A program made the position numbers and the translations under genes. From Planctomycetota bacterium (lineage in GTDB: Bacteria > Planctomycetota > UBA8108 > SXIK01): a stretch of 64,000 nucleotides of DNA. The stretch covers positions 3,787,334 through 3,851,333 of the forward strand of contig CBDCXR010000004.1 in NCBI GenBank assembly GCA_965223845.1, written 5' to 3'. The notes below the pieces were generated by a model that saw only the letters and a program-made list of their open reading frames with translations, did no database searches and was not told the DNA's origin. Of this stretch, positions 49,318 to 58,734 are shown piece by piece; positions within the stretch are counted from its first letter, which is position 1, and every line of letters starts with the position of its first letter.

Positions 49318-52300
49318 TCACGCCTTCGCGAGGTAGATCACAACTTCGGTTCCAGCGCCCGTGGCGGCCTTGAGGCGGAGGTCCCCTCCGTGTCCTCGCA
49401 CCGCGCCGTATGCGATCGAGAGCCCGATCCCTGAATTGCCGTCGGACAGCTTGGTCGTGAAGAACGGCTCGAGAGCGCGCTCGCGCTCGGGCTCGTTCAT
49501 CCCGGGGCCGCTGTCTCGGATGCGCACTTCAACGTACGCTCCGTCGAGAAGCCCCCCGGGATCGTCCACGAGACGAGTGTTCGACGTGCGAACGGTCAGC
49601 GTACCCGTCGTCGCCATCGCTTCTCGCGCGTTCCGAAGGATCGCCTCGAAGGCGGCGGACAGTCGATTCCGCTGCGCGCGAACCGGCCACAGTCCGACTT
49701 GCGCGCGAAAATCGACTCGCACGCCGCCCCGGCTCGCCGTCTCGGCATCGACGAGCGACTGGAGAAGAGCGTTGAGATCGATCTCCTCTTCCGGCTCCGA
49801 CGAATCGTTCGCGCTGCCGCAGAAGAGAGCCAGCCGATCGGTGAGCTCCTGGGCCTCGGTAAGACGTTCGAGCAGACGGTCGTCGACGCTGGGAGGATGT
49901 TCCTCGGAGCCGAGAAACGCGTCCAGGTGGTCGAGGATCCCGCGCAAGTCGCGAGAGAGTCGGCGCGAGAGTCCTTGGAGACTCTCGAGACGACGATCGC
50001 GCTCGCGAAGCGCCGCGACGCGCGCCTCCCGAGTCTCTTCGACGACGACGACGACACGGGTTCGTTGCCCACCCCCGATCGTGAATCCGCGCAAACGAAA
50101 GATCCGCTCGTCGGCGTCGTTCGGGCGGAACCCCTGAATCGAAAACGGTTCTCCCGCCGCGAGCATGCGAAGAGGAGCGTCGAGGTCGCGATGCGCGAAG
50201 AAGGGGAGGAGCGTGAGGGGCCGTCCGACGACATCGTCGAGTCGCGCCGGATCGATTCCGAGGCTCTCGGCGGCATTCCCGTTGAAGTCGATGACGCGGC
50301 CGCCGGCGTCGAGGACGAAAAGCGGATGGGGATAACTCGCGAACAGCGCGCGGTACCGCGTCTGTCGCCGGCGGTGCGCGAGCGACCACCGAAGCACGAT
50401 CGCCAGCGCAGCGAGCCCGACGATCGCCGCCACGGCGAGGAGCGCGCTCGTGACCCAGTCCCGCGACGGCGCGAAGCCTGCGACGGAAAACCGGTGCACG
50501 ATCGGCTCCCGGCAACTGTTGCCGTCGCGATCGCGCACCTCGACTTCGAGGACGTGATCCCCCGCGGCCAGCGGCCCCACACGAAGCGAGCTCTCGTGCG
50601 AGAACACGGACCACGGCTCGTTGTCGACGCGAGTGCGGTAGAGAAGCTCCCCGGGCGGCGTATCACCCCGGTGATCGTTCGCTCCCCACGAAAACGTGCC
50701 GACGCCGTCCTCATCGATCTCGTTCGGCAGGTCGCGGTGCGTGAAGCGAGGCGGGCGCCGCCCCTCGAGCGGTCGGTAGCGCCACACGCCTTGTCCATGA
50801 GTTCCGATGAGGAGAGTTCCCGGCTCCGAAACCGATGGAAAGACCGGCCAAACGCCGCTCCAACGATCGCCGGCCGAGCCGACGGGGACGTCGTAGAAAC
50901 ATTCGCCGTCGAAGCGGGTAAGCCCTCGATCCGTCCCGAACCAGAGATCGTCCCCGAGAGTCCTGATCGACCACACCGCGCTCGAAATCTCGCGAAAGCT
51001 CTCGACCTCGTCGCCACGGATGCGGCTCACCCCGGTGGCGGAGTCCGGGTAGCAGACCCAGATCGATCCGTCGGAACCTTCCGCGACCGACCACGTCGCG
51101 GACGAGAGCAGCCCGTCGTCGAGATCCCACTGCTGCTCCGGGACGAATCGCGGCTCGCCGACTTCCTCGCCGGAGAGAAACCGGCCACGAAAGACGCCGC
51201 GATCGGTAGCGAGCCAGAGCTCACCCGTCCGGAGGCGAAGGAGGTCGTTGACCGCGTACCGGCCGCCCTCGAGGCTCACCGTCTCGAATTGGGATCCGGT
51301 GAGCACCGAATGACGAAAGATCGCCGAGCTCGGGCCGTCGACGTCGCGGTGCGGGAGAAACCACAGCTCGCCGCGCCAATCCTTCACAATCCGGGCGATG
51401 CGGTGATCGCGAAGGCCCGGCGCGGTGACGCGGTGCCAATTGATCCCGTCGTAGACGTGCGCACCCAAGAACGCGTTCGAAGTGATCCAGACTCGTCCTT
51501 CGCCGTCTTCGGCGAGGCCGGTGACGCGCGGAAACGGAAACGACTGAATCCGTCCGCTGCGTTCGTGGAGCACGACGGCACTGTCCATGCCGGCGAAGAC
51601 GTCCCCGCCGCTGGTTTCGATGAGACTGAGAACACTCGGATGGACTCCCTCGTGCCCGGTCTCGACGTGCGACCAGCGACGCGACTCGGGATCGAAGACG
51701 GCGATTCCTCCCGGTCCCACGCGGAACCAGACGACGCCCGAGGTGTCGACGATCTCCGCCGCGAGCGCGACCGACCCGATGCCCAGCTCCGCCGCCGTCT
51801 CCCAATCGCGACCGTCCGGCGAGACGATGACTCGGCCGTCCTCGGTCGTCGCGACGTAGATGCCGTCGTGGAGGCGGAGGATCCTCGTCACGCTTCGATC
51901 CGGCGCACTCGCCGGACGCCAAACCTCGCCGTCGAGTCGAGCGAGAATGCCCGACGCCCCGGTCTCGGTGCTCGCATCGTCGCGCGGGACGAACCATCCC
52001 CACAGCTCGGCGCTCTCTTCCCCGCCGATCGGATCGCCCGCTGCTCGCCGCGGCGACGCTTCGTGCTCGACGCGGAAAAACCGCACGCAAACCTGGTCGC
52101 CGAGCCGCGGATCGACCTCCCGGCGTTCGACCCGTTTCCACCGCTTTCGACTGAGATCGCGCGTGAAGAGATCGAACGTCGTCGCGATCCAGTGGCGGCC
52201 GTCTCCGGCGACTGCGTACGCGCGGATCTCGCCGGTCACGTTGAGAAGAGGCTGATCCTCCGGGTCGAGAGGAGAGAGAGCCTCGCGGCGAATCTTGAAG

Positions 52301-52776
52301 TGACGGCGCTCCCCGCCGTCGAGAAGAAAGAGCTCGCCGAAACGTCCGCGCGCGAGAAAGAGACTCTGGCCTCGGTACACCGGTTCGAGGACGCCCTCGC
52401 CGAGGAGACGCCAGAGCACGCCCGCGCCGAGCGCGTAGATCTCCTTGAGCGACTCGGCGATCGTCGTGATGTCCGGCGCCGGATTCCCCGCCGGGAACGG
52501 AAACACGTCCCACTGCCACAGGTCGTAGCGGCACACACCGAGATTCGTCGCGGCGTAGACCTCGTTCGTGCTCGCTTGAAGGAGAGCCGTCACCGAGTTC
52601 GAGTTGAGTCCGTCCTCGCGCGAGTAGCTGTTCCAGCGCCACGCTTCGCCGAGCGCCGCTCGCAGCCGCAGAGCGCCGGCCGTCAACTCCGTCGCCGGGG
52701 CAGCTCTCGCCGGGATCGCCGGTTCGAACTGCCCCTGCGCCGGTACTACGGAGGCGCAGATGAGAGATGCACCCAC
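49318..52776 (-). CDS. Sensor histidine-kinase-like protein: about 800-aa extracytoplasmic region with two-component-regulator propeller / Y_Y_Y-type repeats, one TM, PAS, DHp, HATPase_c; no receiver domain
   Basis: C-terminal HATPase_c N/G1/G2 boxes (EAILRNAREA, IRDSGPGM, GIGLSIA); H-box region reads LSRRLSRDLRGIL (R where His is expected); 5' end uncertain (listed ORF runs to 53076 but would overlap the small upstream gene; an in-frame GTG at about 52776 is one candidate). Confidence 0.7.
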   Translation of the reverse strand: MGASLICASVVPAQGQFEPAIPARAAPATELTAGALRLRAALGEAWRWNSYSREDGLNSNSVTALLQASTNEVYAATNLGVCRYDLWQWDVFPFPAGNPAPDITTIAESLKEIYALGAGVLWRLLGEGVLEPVYRGQSLFLARGRFGELFLLDGGERRHFKIRREALSPLDPEDQPLLNVTGEIRAYAVAGDGRHWIATTFDLFTRDLSRKRWKRVERREVDPRLGDQVCVRFFRVEHEASPRRAAGDPIGGEESAELWGWFVPRDDASTETGASGILARLDGEVWRPASAPDRSVTRILRLHDGIYVATTEDGRVIVSPDGRDWETAAELGIGSVALAAEIVDTSGVVWFRVGPGGIAVFDPESRRWSHVETGHEGVHPSVLSLIETSGGDVFAGMDSAVVLHERSGRIQSFPFPRVTGLAEDGEGRVWITSNAFLGAHVYDGINWHRVTAPGLRDHRIARIVKDWRGELWFLPHRDVDGPSSAIFRHSVLTGSQFETVSLEGGRYAVNDLLRLRTGELWLATDRGVFRGRFLSGEEVGEPRFVPEQQWDLDDGLLSSATWSVAEGSDGSIWVCYPDSATGVSRIRGDEVESFREISSAVWSIRTLGDDLWFGTDRGLTRFDGECFYDVPVGSAGDRWSGVWPVFPSVSEPGTLLIGTHGQGVWRYRPLEGRRPPRFTHRDLPNEIDEDGVGTFSWGANDHRGDTPPGELLYRTRVDNEPWSVFSHESSLRVGPLAAGDHVLEVEVRDRDGNSCREPIVHRFSVAGFAPSRDWVTSALLAVAAIVGLAALAIVLRWSLAHRRRQTRYRALFASYPHPLFVLDAGGRVIDFNGNAAESLGIDPARLDDVVGRPLTLLPFFAHRDLDAPLRMLAAGEPFSIQGFRPNDADERIFRLRGFTIGGGQRTRVVVVVEETREARVAALRERDRRLESLQGLSRRLSRDLRGILDHLDAFLGSEEHPPSVDDRLLERLTEAQELTDRLALFCGSANDSSEPEEEIDLNALLQSLVDAETASRGGVRVDFRAQVGLWPVRAQRNRLSAAFEAILRNAREAMATTGTLTVRTSNTRLVDDPGGLLDGAYVEVRIRDSGPGMNEPERERALEPFFTTKLSDGNSGIGLSIAYGAVRGHGGDLRLKAATGAGTEVVIYLAKA

Positions 52777-52835
52777 ACCAACCGCGGAGACCCTACGCCG
52801 AAGGCGAGCGGCAACGCAGACAGAGCGGCGTGCGT

Positions 52836-53150
52836 TCAAGGGCGGGCGGGCGGCGGATCTCCTGCAGCCGCGCTCCCCTGGGCGACCGCCGCGACTCCGG
52901 AGAGGCTCTCGGCGCGCGCGACGCGGGCGATGAATACCGCGAGCCCTGCGCCGATGCTGAGAACGACACCGAGCATAAAGAGGATGCTCCAGTAGAGGCC
53001 CGCCGCCAGACTCCCCTGCGAATCGCCGCCGTCCGATCGAGCGCTGTCCTCGACGGCCTCGCCGCACATCGCACACTGGGCGGTGAGCTCCGGTGCGAAC
53101 GCTGCAAAGGAGAGGGCGACGATGACGAACATGCGCGCGGGAGTGTTCAT
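52836..53150 (-). CDS. Small membrane protein (signal peptide, CxxC motif, one TM helix), immediately upstream of the sensor kinase
   Basis: MNTPARMFVIVALSFAAFAPELTAQCAMCGE...LYWSILFMLGVVLSIGAGLAVFIA; composition strongly non-random for this GC content; no family assignment. Confidence 0.45.
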   Translation of the reverse strand: MNTPARMFVIVALSFAAFAPELTAQCAMCGEAVEDSARSDGGDSQGSLAAGLYWSILFMLGVVLSIGAGLAVFIARVARAESLSGVAAVAQGSAAAGDPPPARP

Positions 53151-53400
53151 GCTCTAATTCTATCCCGGACCGCGCGGGAGTTTCTACTCCGCCGCACGTT
53201 TCTCGGCGGACGCGGGCTGGGCCGGCTCGGTTTCGCGCGCGCCCCGGGCAGCGCGCCGCGATACGATGCGCTCGCGGTCGATTTCCGACCGATCATAGGC
53301 CCCACCCACTCGAAATCGACGAGCTCCCACGATGCCGTTTCTCCCTCGACGTCGACCCGACGAACGTGTGCGCAGAGATCGAACGCCGCACGCATACACG

Positions 53401-56085
53401 ATGTCTCCCTCCTCGATCGCGTTTCCACTCGTCGCCGGCGTGCTGGTCGCGAAACTCGCGTTCGGAGACCCGACCGCCCTCCCTCTGGACCGCGGCGCCG
53501 CGGGACTCGAGCGCGCGCTGAAGCAGCTCTCGACGACGGCGAGCGTTCTCCACGTCGTCGCCCACCCCGACGACGAAGACGGCCCGCTCCTCACCTACCT
53601 CGCGCGCGGGCGCGGTGTGCGTACGATGGCCCTCTCGCTCACACGCGGTGAAGGCGGCGCAAATCTCATCGCACCGTATTTCTTCGATGAGCTCGGCGTC
53701 CTTCGCACGCTCGAATACCTCGAGGCGAATCGCTACTACGGCGTCGAACAGTTCTTCACCCGCGCCGCAGACTACGGGTACTCGAAACAGCTCTCCGAAG
53801 CCCAGCGCAAGTGGAAGGGATCCGAGATCCTGCTCGAGGACATGGTTCGCGTGATCCGCCGCGAGCGCCCGGACGTCGTGATCTCGCGCTTCTGGGGCGG
53901 GCGGAGAGACGGTCACGGTCACCACACCCTCGCGGGTGTCCTCACGCCGGAGGCCTGCGCCGCCGCCGCGGATCCGGAACGCTTCCCCGATCAACTGCGC
54001 GAAGGGCTCTTTCCCTGGCGAGTGAAGAAGCTCTACCGCGGGAACATCCGCCCCGAGCGCCGCGCGGAGGACGCGGAGGCGTGGACGGTGAAGGTCGATG
54101 CGGGCGAGTACGATCCCCTCCTCGGGGCGTCGTACTACCAGATCGCGCGCCGGGGCTACGGTTTCCATCGCTCCCAGGGGATCCTCCATCACGACGGTCG
54201 CGCCGGCAGCCGCGTCAGCCACTACCAGCTCATTCCGGCCGACTCGGACGAGCGCGTCGTAGAGGAAAGCCTGTTCGACGGCCTCGATACGACCCTTCGC
54301 GGTCTCACCGAATACTGGAGTGGCGAGACTCCGGCTTGGCTCGTCGACGGACTCGATCGGACTGCGGACTGGATCGCCTCCGCCCGTTCAGAATTCCGCG
54401 CGGACGATCCGCCGCGTATCGTTCCCCCGCTCGCGAACGCGCTGCGCTCGGTGCGCTCGCTCTCGAGTCAACTCTTCGACACGAGCTCCGGCACGCCCGA
54501 AAGCCATCGCGAGATCGCACGGCACCTCGCGCGGAAGGAACACGAACTCGAGCGCGCGCTCAGCCTCGCGCTCGGAATCGATCTCGAGGCGGCCGCGGGG
54601 AGAGACTCGCTCACCGGTTCGTCGCCCTTCTCACGCTCGAGCACGTTCGCCCACGCGACCCCGGGACAGATGTTCGACGTCGGTGTACGCCTCGTGCATC
54701 GCAGCCGCGTCCCGGTCGAGTTTCTGAAGGCGACGCTGAGCCTACCTCCGGGTTGGAGCTCGATGCTTCGAGACGCGACTCCGCCCGACTCGAATCTCGC
54801 TTACAACGGCGAAGCCCGGGCGAAGTTCAGCGTCGCGGTACCTTCCGCAGCATCGCCCACCCGACCGTACTGGCGACGCGCATCGATTTCCGACGCGTTT
54901 TACGACGTCGTCGATTCGCTCGCGACGCTGCCGTTCGCCCCGCCGCCGGCGTCCTGCCGCGCGACGATTCGCGTCGCCGGCGTCGAGGTCTCGGTCGACA
55001 CTCCGGTCCGCCTCGTCCTTCGCGATCCGGGGCTCGGGACTCGCTATCCGCCGCTCGCCGTCGCGCCACCGGTCAGCGTTCGATTCGCCGAGGGCGCGGG
55101 GATCCTGCCGCGCGGCAGGACGCGCTACGAGCTCACCGTGACCGTCCGCGGCGACGTCGCGGGCGGCGCATCGGGCGACGTGCGCCTCCAGGTCCCCGCC
55201 GGCTGGTCCGTCGAACCGGCGAGTGCGCCGTTTCGATTCGATCGCGAGGGCGCCGAGTCGACGCTCCGCTTCACGCTCTCGGCGCCGACGGAGCCCGCCG
55301 GCGAACGGTACGAAATCCGCGCGATCGCACGCCACGCGGACCGTGAGTACTCCGAAGGCTACCGGACGATCGAAGCACGCGACGTCGGCCGCTACGATTA
55401 CTATCTACCCGCGATTCACCGAGTGCGCGTCGTCGACGTCAACCTCGCGAACGACCTCGCCATCGCTTACGTGACGGGTTCCGGAGACGACATTCCGCAG
55501 AGCCTCCGTTTCCTCGGAATCGCGCCGACGCTTCTCGATTCCGAGACGCTCCAGAGCGGTGACCTCGATCGCTTCGACGCGATCGTCGTCGGCGTTCGGG
55601 CCTACGCGGTCCGAGAAGACGTCCGCCGCGTCAACTCGCGCCTCCTCGGCTACGTCGAACGCGGCGGCGTCCTCGTCGTTCAGTACCAGACGCCCGAGTT
55701 CGATCGAAACTTCGGCCCGTATCCGTATTCGATGGGACGCGCCGAAGAAGTGAGCGAGGAAGACGCCGCGGTCCGCATCCTCGCCCCGGAACATCCGCTT
55801 TTCACACAGCCGAATGCGATCGCCGCCGCCGACTTCGACGACTGGGTTGAGCAGCGCGGCTCGAAGTTCTGGGCGACCTGGGATGAGCGATACACACCGC
55901 TTCTCGAATGCCACGACGAAGACCAGGAACCACAACGCGGCGGGATGCTCTACGCACGCTCCGGAAAGGGCGCATACATCTACAGCGCGTACGCATGGTA
56001 CCGCCAGCTTCCCGCGGGAGTTCCCGGTGCGTTCAGGATCTACGCCAACCTGCTGTCCCACCGGAGAACTCTCGAGTCTCGCTAG
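53401..56085 (+). CDS. PIG-L/LmbE-family N-acetylglucosaminyl deacetylase-like domain in a large (894 aa) secreted multidomain protein; C-terminal region GATase1/ThuA-like
   Basis: Signal peptide; VVAHPDDEDGPLLTYLA zinc-binding motif of LmbE/PIG-L; ATG at 53401. Confidence 0.75.
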   Translation: MSPSSIAFPLVAGVLVAKLAFGDPTALPLDRGAAGLERALKQLSTTASVLHVVAHPDDEDGPLLTYLARGRGVRTMALSLTRGEGGANLIAPYFFDELGVLRTLEYLEANRYYGVEQFFTRAADYGYSKQLSEAQRKWKGSEILLEDMVRVIRRERPDVVISRFWGGRRDGHGHHTLAGVLTPEACAAAADPERFPDQLREGLFPWRVKKLYRGNIRPERRAEDAEAWTVKVDAGEYDPLLGASYYQIARRGYGFHRSQGILHHDGRAGSRVSHYQLIPADSDERVVEESLFDGLDTTLRGLTEYWSGETPAWLVDGLDRTADWIASARSEFRADDPPRIVPPLANALRSVRSLSSQLFDTSSGTPESHREIARHLARKEHELERALSLALGIDLEAAAGRDSLTGSSPFSRSSTFAHATPGQMFDVGVRLVHRSRVPVEFLKATLSLPPGWSSMLRDATPPDSNLAYNGEARAKFSVAVPSAASPTRPYWRRASISDAFYDVVDSLATLPFAPPPASCRATIRVAGVEVSVDTPVRLVLRDPGLGTRYPPLAVAPPVSVRFAEGAGILPRGRTRYELTVTVRGDVAGGASGDVRLQVPAGWSVEPASAPFRFDREGAESTLRFTLSAPTEPAGERYEIRAIARHADREYSEGYRTIEARDVGRYDYYLPAIHRVRVVDVNLANDLAIAYVTGSGDDIPQSLRFLGIAPTLLDSETLQSGDLDRFDAIVVGVRAYAVREDVRRVNSRLLGYVERGGVLVVQYQTPEFDRNFGPYPYSMGRAEEVSEEDAAVRILAPEHPLFTQPNAIAAADFDDWVEQRGSKFWATWDERYTPLLECHDEDQEPQRGGMLYARSGKGAYIYSAYAWYRQLPAGVPGAFRIYANLLSHRRTLESR

Positions 56086-56261
56086 CCTACTTTGGGGCCA
56101 ACGAGCCGGTCGGAGAACCGGTTCGACGACGCGGAACGAACCATCTCCGGCGGCATCGCGAGGTACGGGAAGAGTCGTCGCAGAGTCGCGAAGAGGAGAC
56201 CGCCCGAGATGGTTTCCGCTCGCGGTTTCTTGGACGGGTTCTCAGCTCGTGCGCACCGCTG

Positions 56262-58387
56262 TCACTCGCCCGCTTTGTCTTCGCTTCCCTCTTCGGACGA
56301 CTCGGAGTCCTCGTCCTTCTCCTTCTCCGGAGCGTACTCGAGCTCCGGAGCCGGCGGTTCACCGCCGTCGCCTTTCAAGTAGTGCTCGAACCACCGCAGC
56401 ATCCGCAGGTGGTAATCGAAGCGCGCCGCCGACTTCCGGTTGCCGTGGCCTTCTCCCGGATAGAGGACGAGGCGCACGGGTGTCTTCCCGAGATGGCGAA
56501 GGTGACGGTAGAGCTCCATCGACTGGCTCGGATGGACGCGGGTGTCCTCTTTACCGTGGAGAATGAGGAGTGGCGTGCGCGACTTCTCGACGTGGTAGAT
56601 GGGACTTCGTTCGAGGAACCATTCCCAATTGCCGTAGAGTTTCTTTCGCGCGTGGACGAGGAACATCTCGTTCGGGATGTCCGTCGTACCGAACTTCGAG
56701 ATTTGATCGCTGATACCGACGAACATCACGCCAGCCGCGAAGCGCTCGGAGTGATAGGTCGAGCACCACGCCGTCGCGAAGCCGCCGTAGGACCCGCCCG
56801 TGACACCGACTTTATCCTTGTCGACGAGTCCGATCGAAACGAGGTGATCGACGGTGTCGACGAGGTCGTCGAACTCCTTCCCCGCGTAGTCACTCTGGCC
56901 GAGCTTCGAGAACGCGACTCCGCGTCCCGTACTGCCGCGGTAGTTGGGGTGGAACACCGCAAAGCCGCGTGCCGAGGCGACCTGACCCGGTCCCGAGTAG
57001 AACGATGTCCACCCGTTTCGATCGTGAGCCTCGGGTCCACCGTGAACGCGAAGGATCAGCGGGTACCGTTCGCCCTCTTTCTCGTCGAGCGGTCGAATCA
57101 GGATCCCCTCGAGCTCGAGACCGTCGCGCGCTTTGTAGCGGACGATCTCCTGCTTCGCAAAGCGCATCGCGTCGAGCCAGTCGTTGCTCGTCGTCAAACG
57201 ACGCGGCGATTCTTCCGATGTCCGGAGCGCAAAGACCTCATTCGGGTACTCGGGATGACTCGAGAGGAACGCGATGCGCGAGCCGTCGCGCGAGATCGAG
57301 AGATCGGACGCGACGAGCGATCCCTTCTCGACGAGCACACGCGGCTTCTCGGCGTCGATGTGATACTCGCCGATCGAGCACGTCGCCCCGACCGAGGCGA
57401 TGTAGCTCACGGTGAAGTCGTCCTTCCAAACGATCGCGTCAAAGTCGCCCTCTCCCGGAAACGGAAGCTGCTTCGGCGCGCCGCCGACGGCGGGTACGAC
57501 CATGAGTCGCCCGGCGTTCGGATCGTGGATGTCCTCGGCCGAGAGAAACGCGAGCTTCGTTCCGCTCGGATTCCAGGCGAGGGGCCCGAGCTTCCCCGGC
57601 GTGTCGAAGACGGCGAAGACTTGCGCCGACTCGACGTCGACCACGTGGATCTTTCGCTTCATGAACCAGTCGTCGATGAGCGGGGTCGGCGCGATCGTGA
57701 GCGCGAGGCGGTCGCCGCGCGGCGACCAGTGAAGATCGGACGGGAATCCCTCGATCTCGAGCGCTCGCGGCTCATCGTCGCTGTTGATCGAGCCGACGAG
57801 GACGCGCGTCGGGCGAAACTCTTCTTCGTAGATCTGCTGATTGAAACCCTTCTCGACGAGAGACTTTCGATCGTCGGCGACCGGGTCGGTCGCGATGAAC
57901 GCGACGCGCTTCCCGTCCGGACTCCACGAGTAGGACGCTATGTCACTCTTATGAGAGAGAACCTTGCTCGCCTCACCACCGTCGATCGGGATGACGTAAA
58001 GACTTCGGTGAGCGTCTTTCCCGCGTTTCGCGAGAAACGAAATTCCGGTTCCGTCGGGCGTCCACTCGACTTGACCGACGCTCACTTCACCGCTCACGTA
58101 CGGTCGCGAAGTGCCGTCCGCGCCGATCACGTGAAGCTCGGCCCACGACGAGCCGGACGGCTCGGCGACCGGCGTTCTCGGGACGCGGAGAACGTACGCG
58201 ATGCGCTGCCCGTCCGGCGCGATCCGCGCGGACGAGACCATGCGGAGCTTCGCCACGTGCTCGGGAGTGAACACCTCGCCGGCGGAGTCGTTCGCGACCG
58301 GAGTGTCCGAGTCGTCCGCGGCGACGGCGAGAGTGGCGATGCTGGCGAAGAGCGCGGCGGACGCAACAAGCACAGTACGTTCGTTCA
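56262..58387 (-). CDS. S9-family serine peptidase (prolyl oligopeptidase / acylaminoacyl-peptidase type) with N-terminal beta-propeller
   Basis: Signal peptide MNERTVLVASAALFASIATLAVA; propeller WxPDG repeats; catalytic GGSYGG Ser, C-terminal Asp/His region (ILHGKEDTRVHPSQS). Confidence 0.8.
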
Positions 58388-58734
58388 TGACGATTCGTTT
58401 CCGTCGAAAGACAAGCACACCCGCAGAGCGGCGGACAAAACTCCCGCTCTGGTTGCTGGTGCGCGCAAGATCGGAGGCGCCGCCCGCATCGGAGGTCGGG
58501 TTCCGGCGCACGAAGACCATCGGATTTCGAGACCCACGGTCACGATGACCGCGCGCTTCTTCCGGGTCAACCGATTCCTAGCGTCGGCATCAGCGGGCGC
58601 GATCTTCGGCGCGGGAACGTCCAAAGCGCCGGGACGGGGTTTTCGGAACGAGCTCCACTCGTCCGGCCGCCCGCGCTTCAGCCGGACGGGGGCGCGGCGG
58701 AGAAACTGTCCGAAATCCCGACGAACGGGCCCTC

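Noticed and set aside
49699-52995. 1,098-aa ORF on the + strand
   Set aside because: Antisense to the sensor-kinase gene. Its translation is dominated by R, D, E, A, P with no domain signature, whereas the - strand encodes propeller repeats, PAS and HATPase_c. Classic GC-driven shadow ORF.
53076-53076. Using the ORF-table start (53076) for the sensor kinase
   Set aside because: That start would make the kinase overlap the small CxxC membrane gene (52836..53150) by 240 nt in another frame, and the first about 90 residues are R-rich nonsense. The real N-terminus is more likely a signal peptide beginning near 52776-52820, but the exact start codon cannot be fixed from sequence alone.
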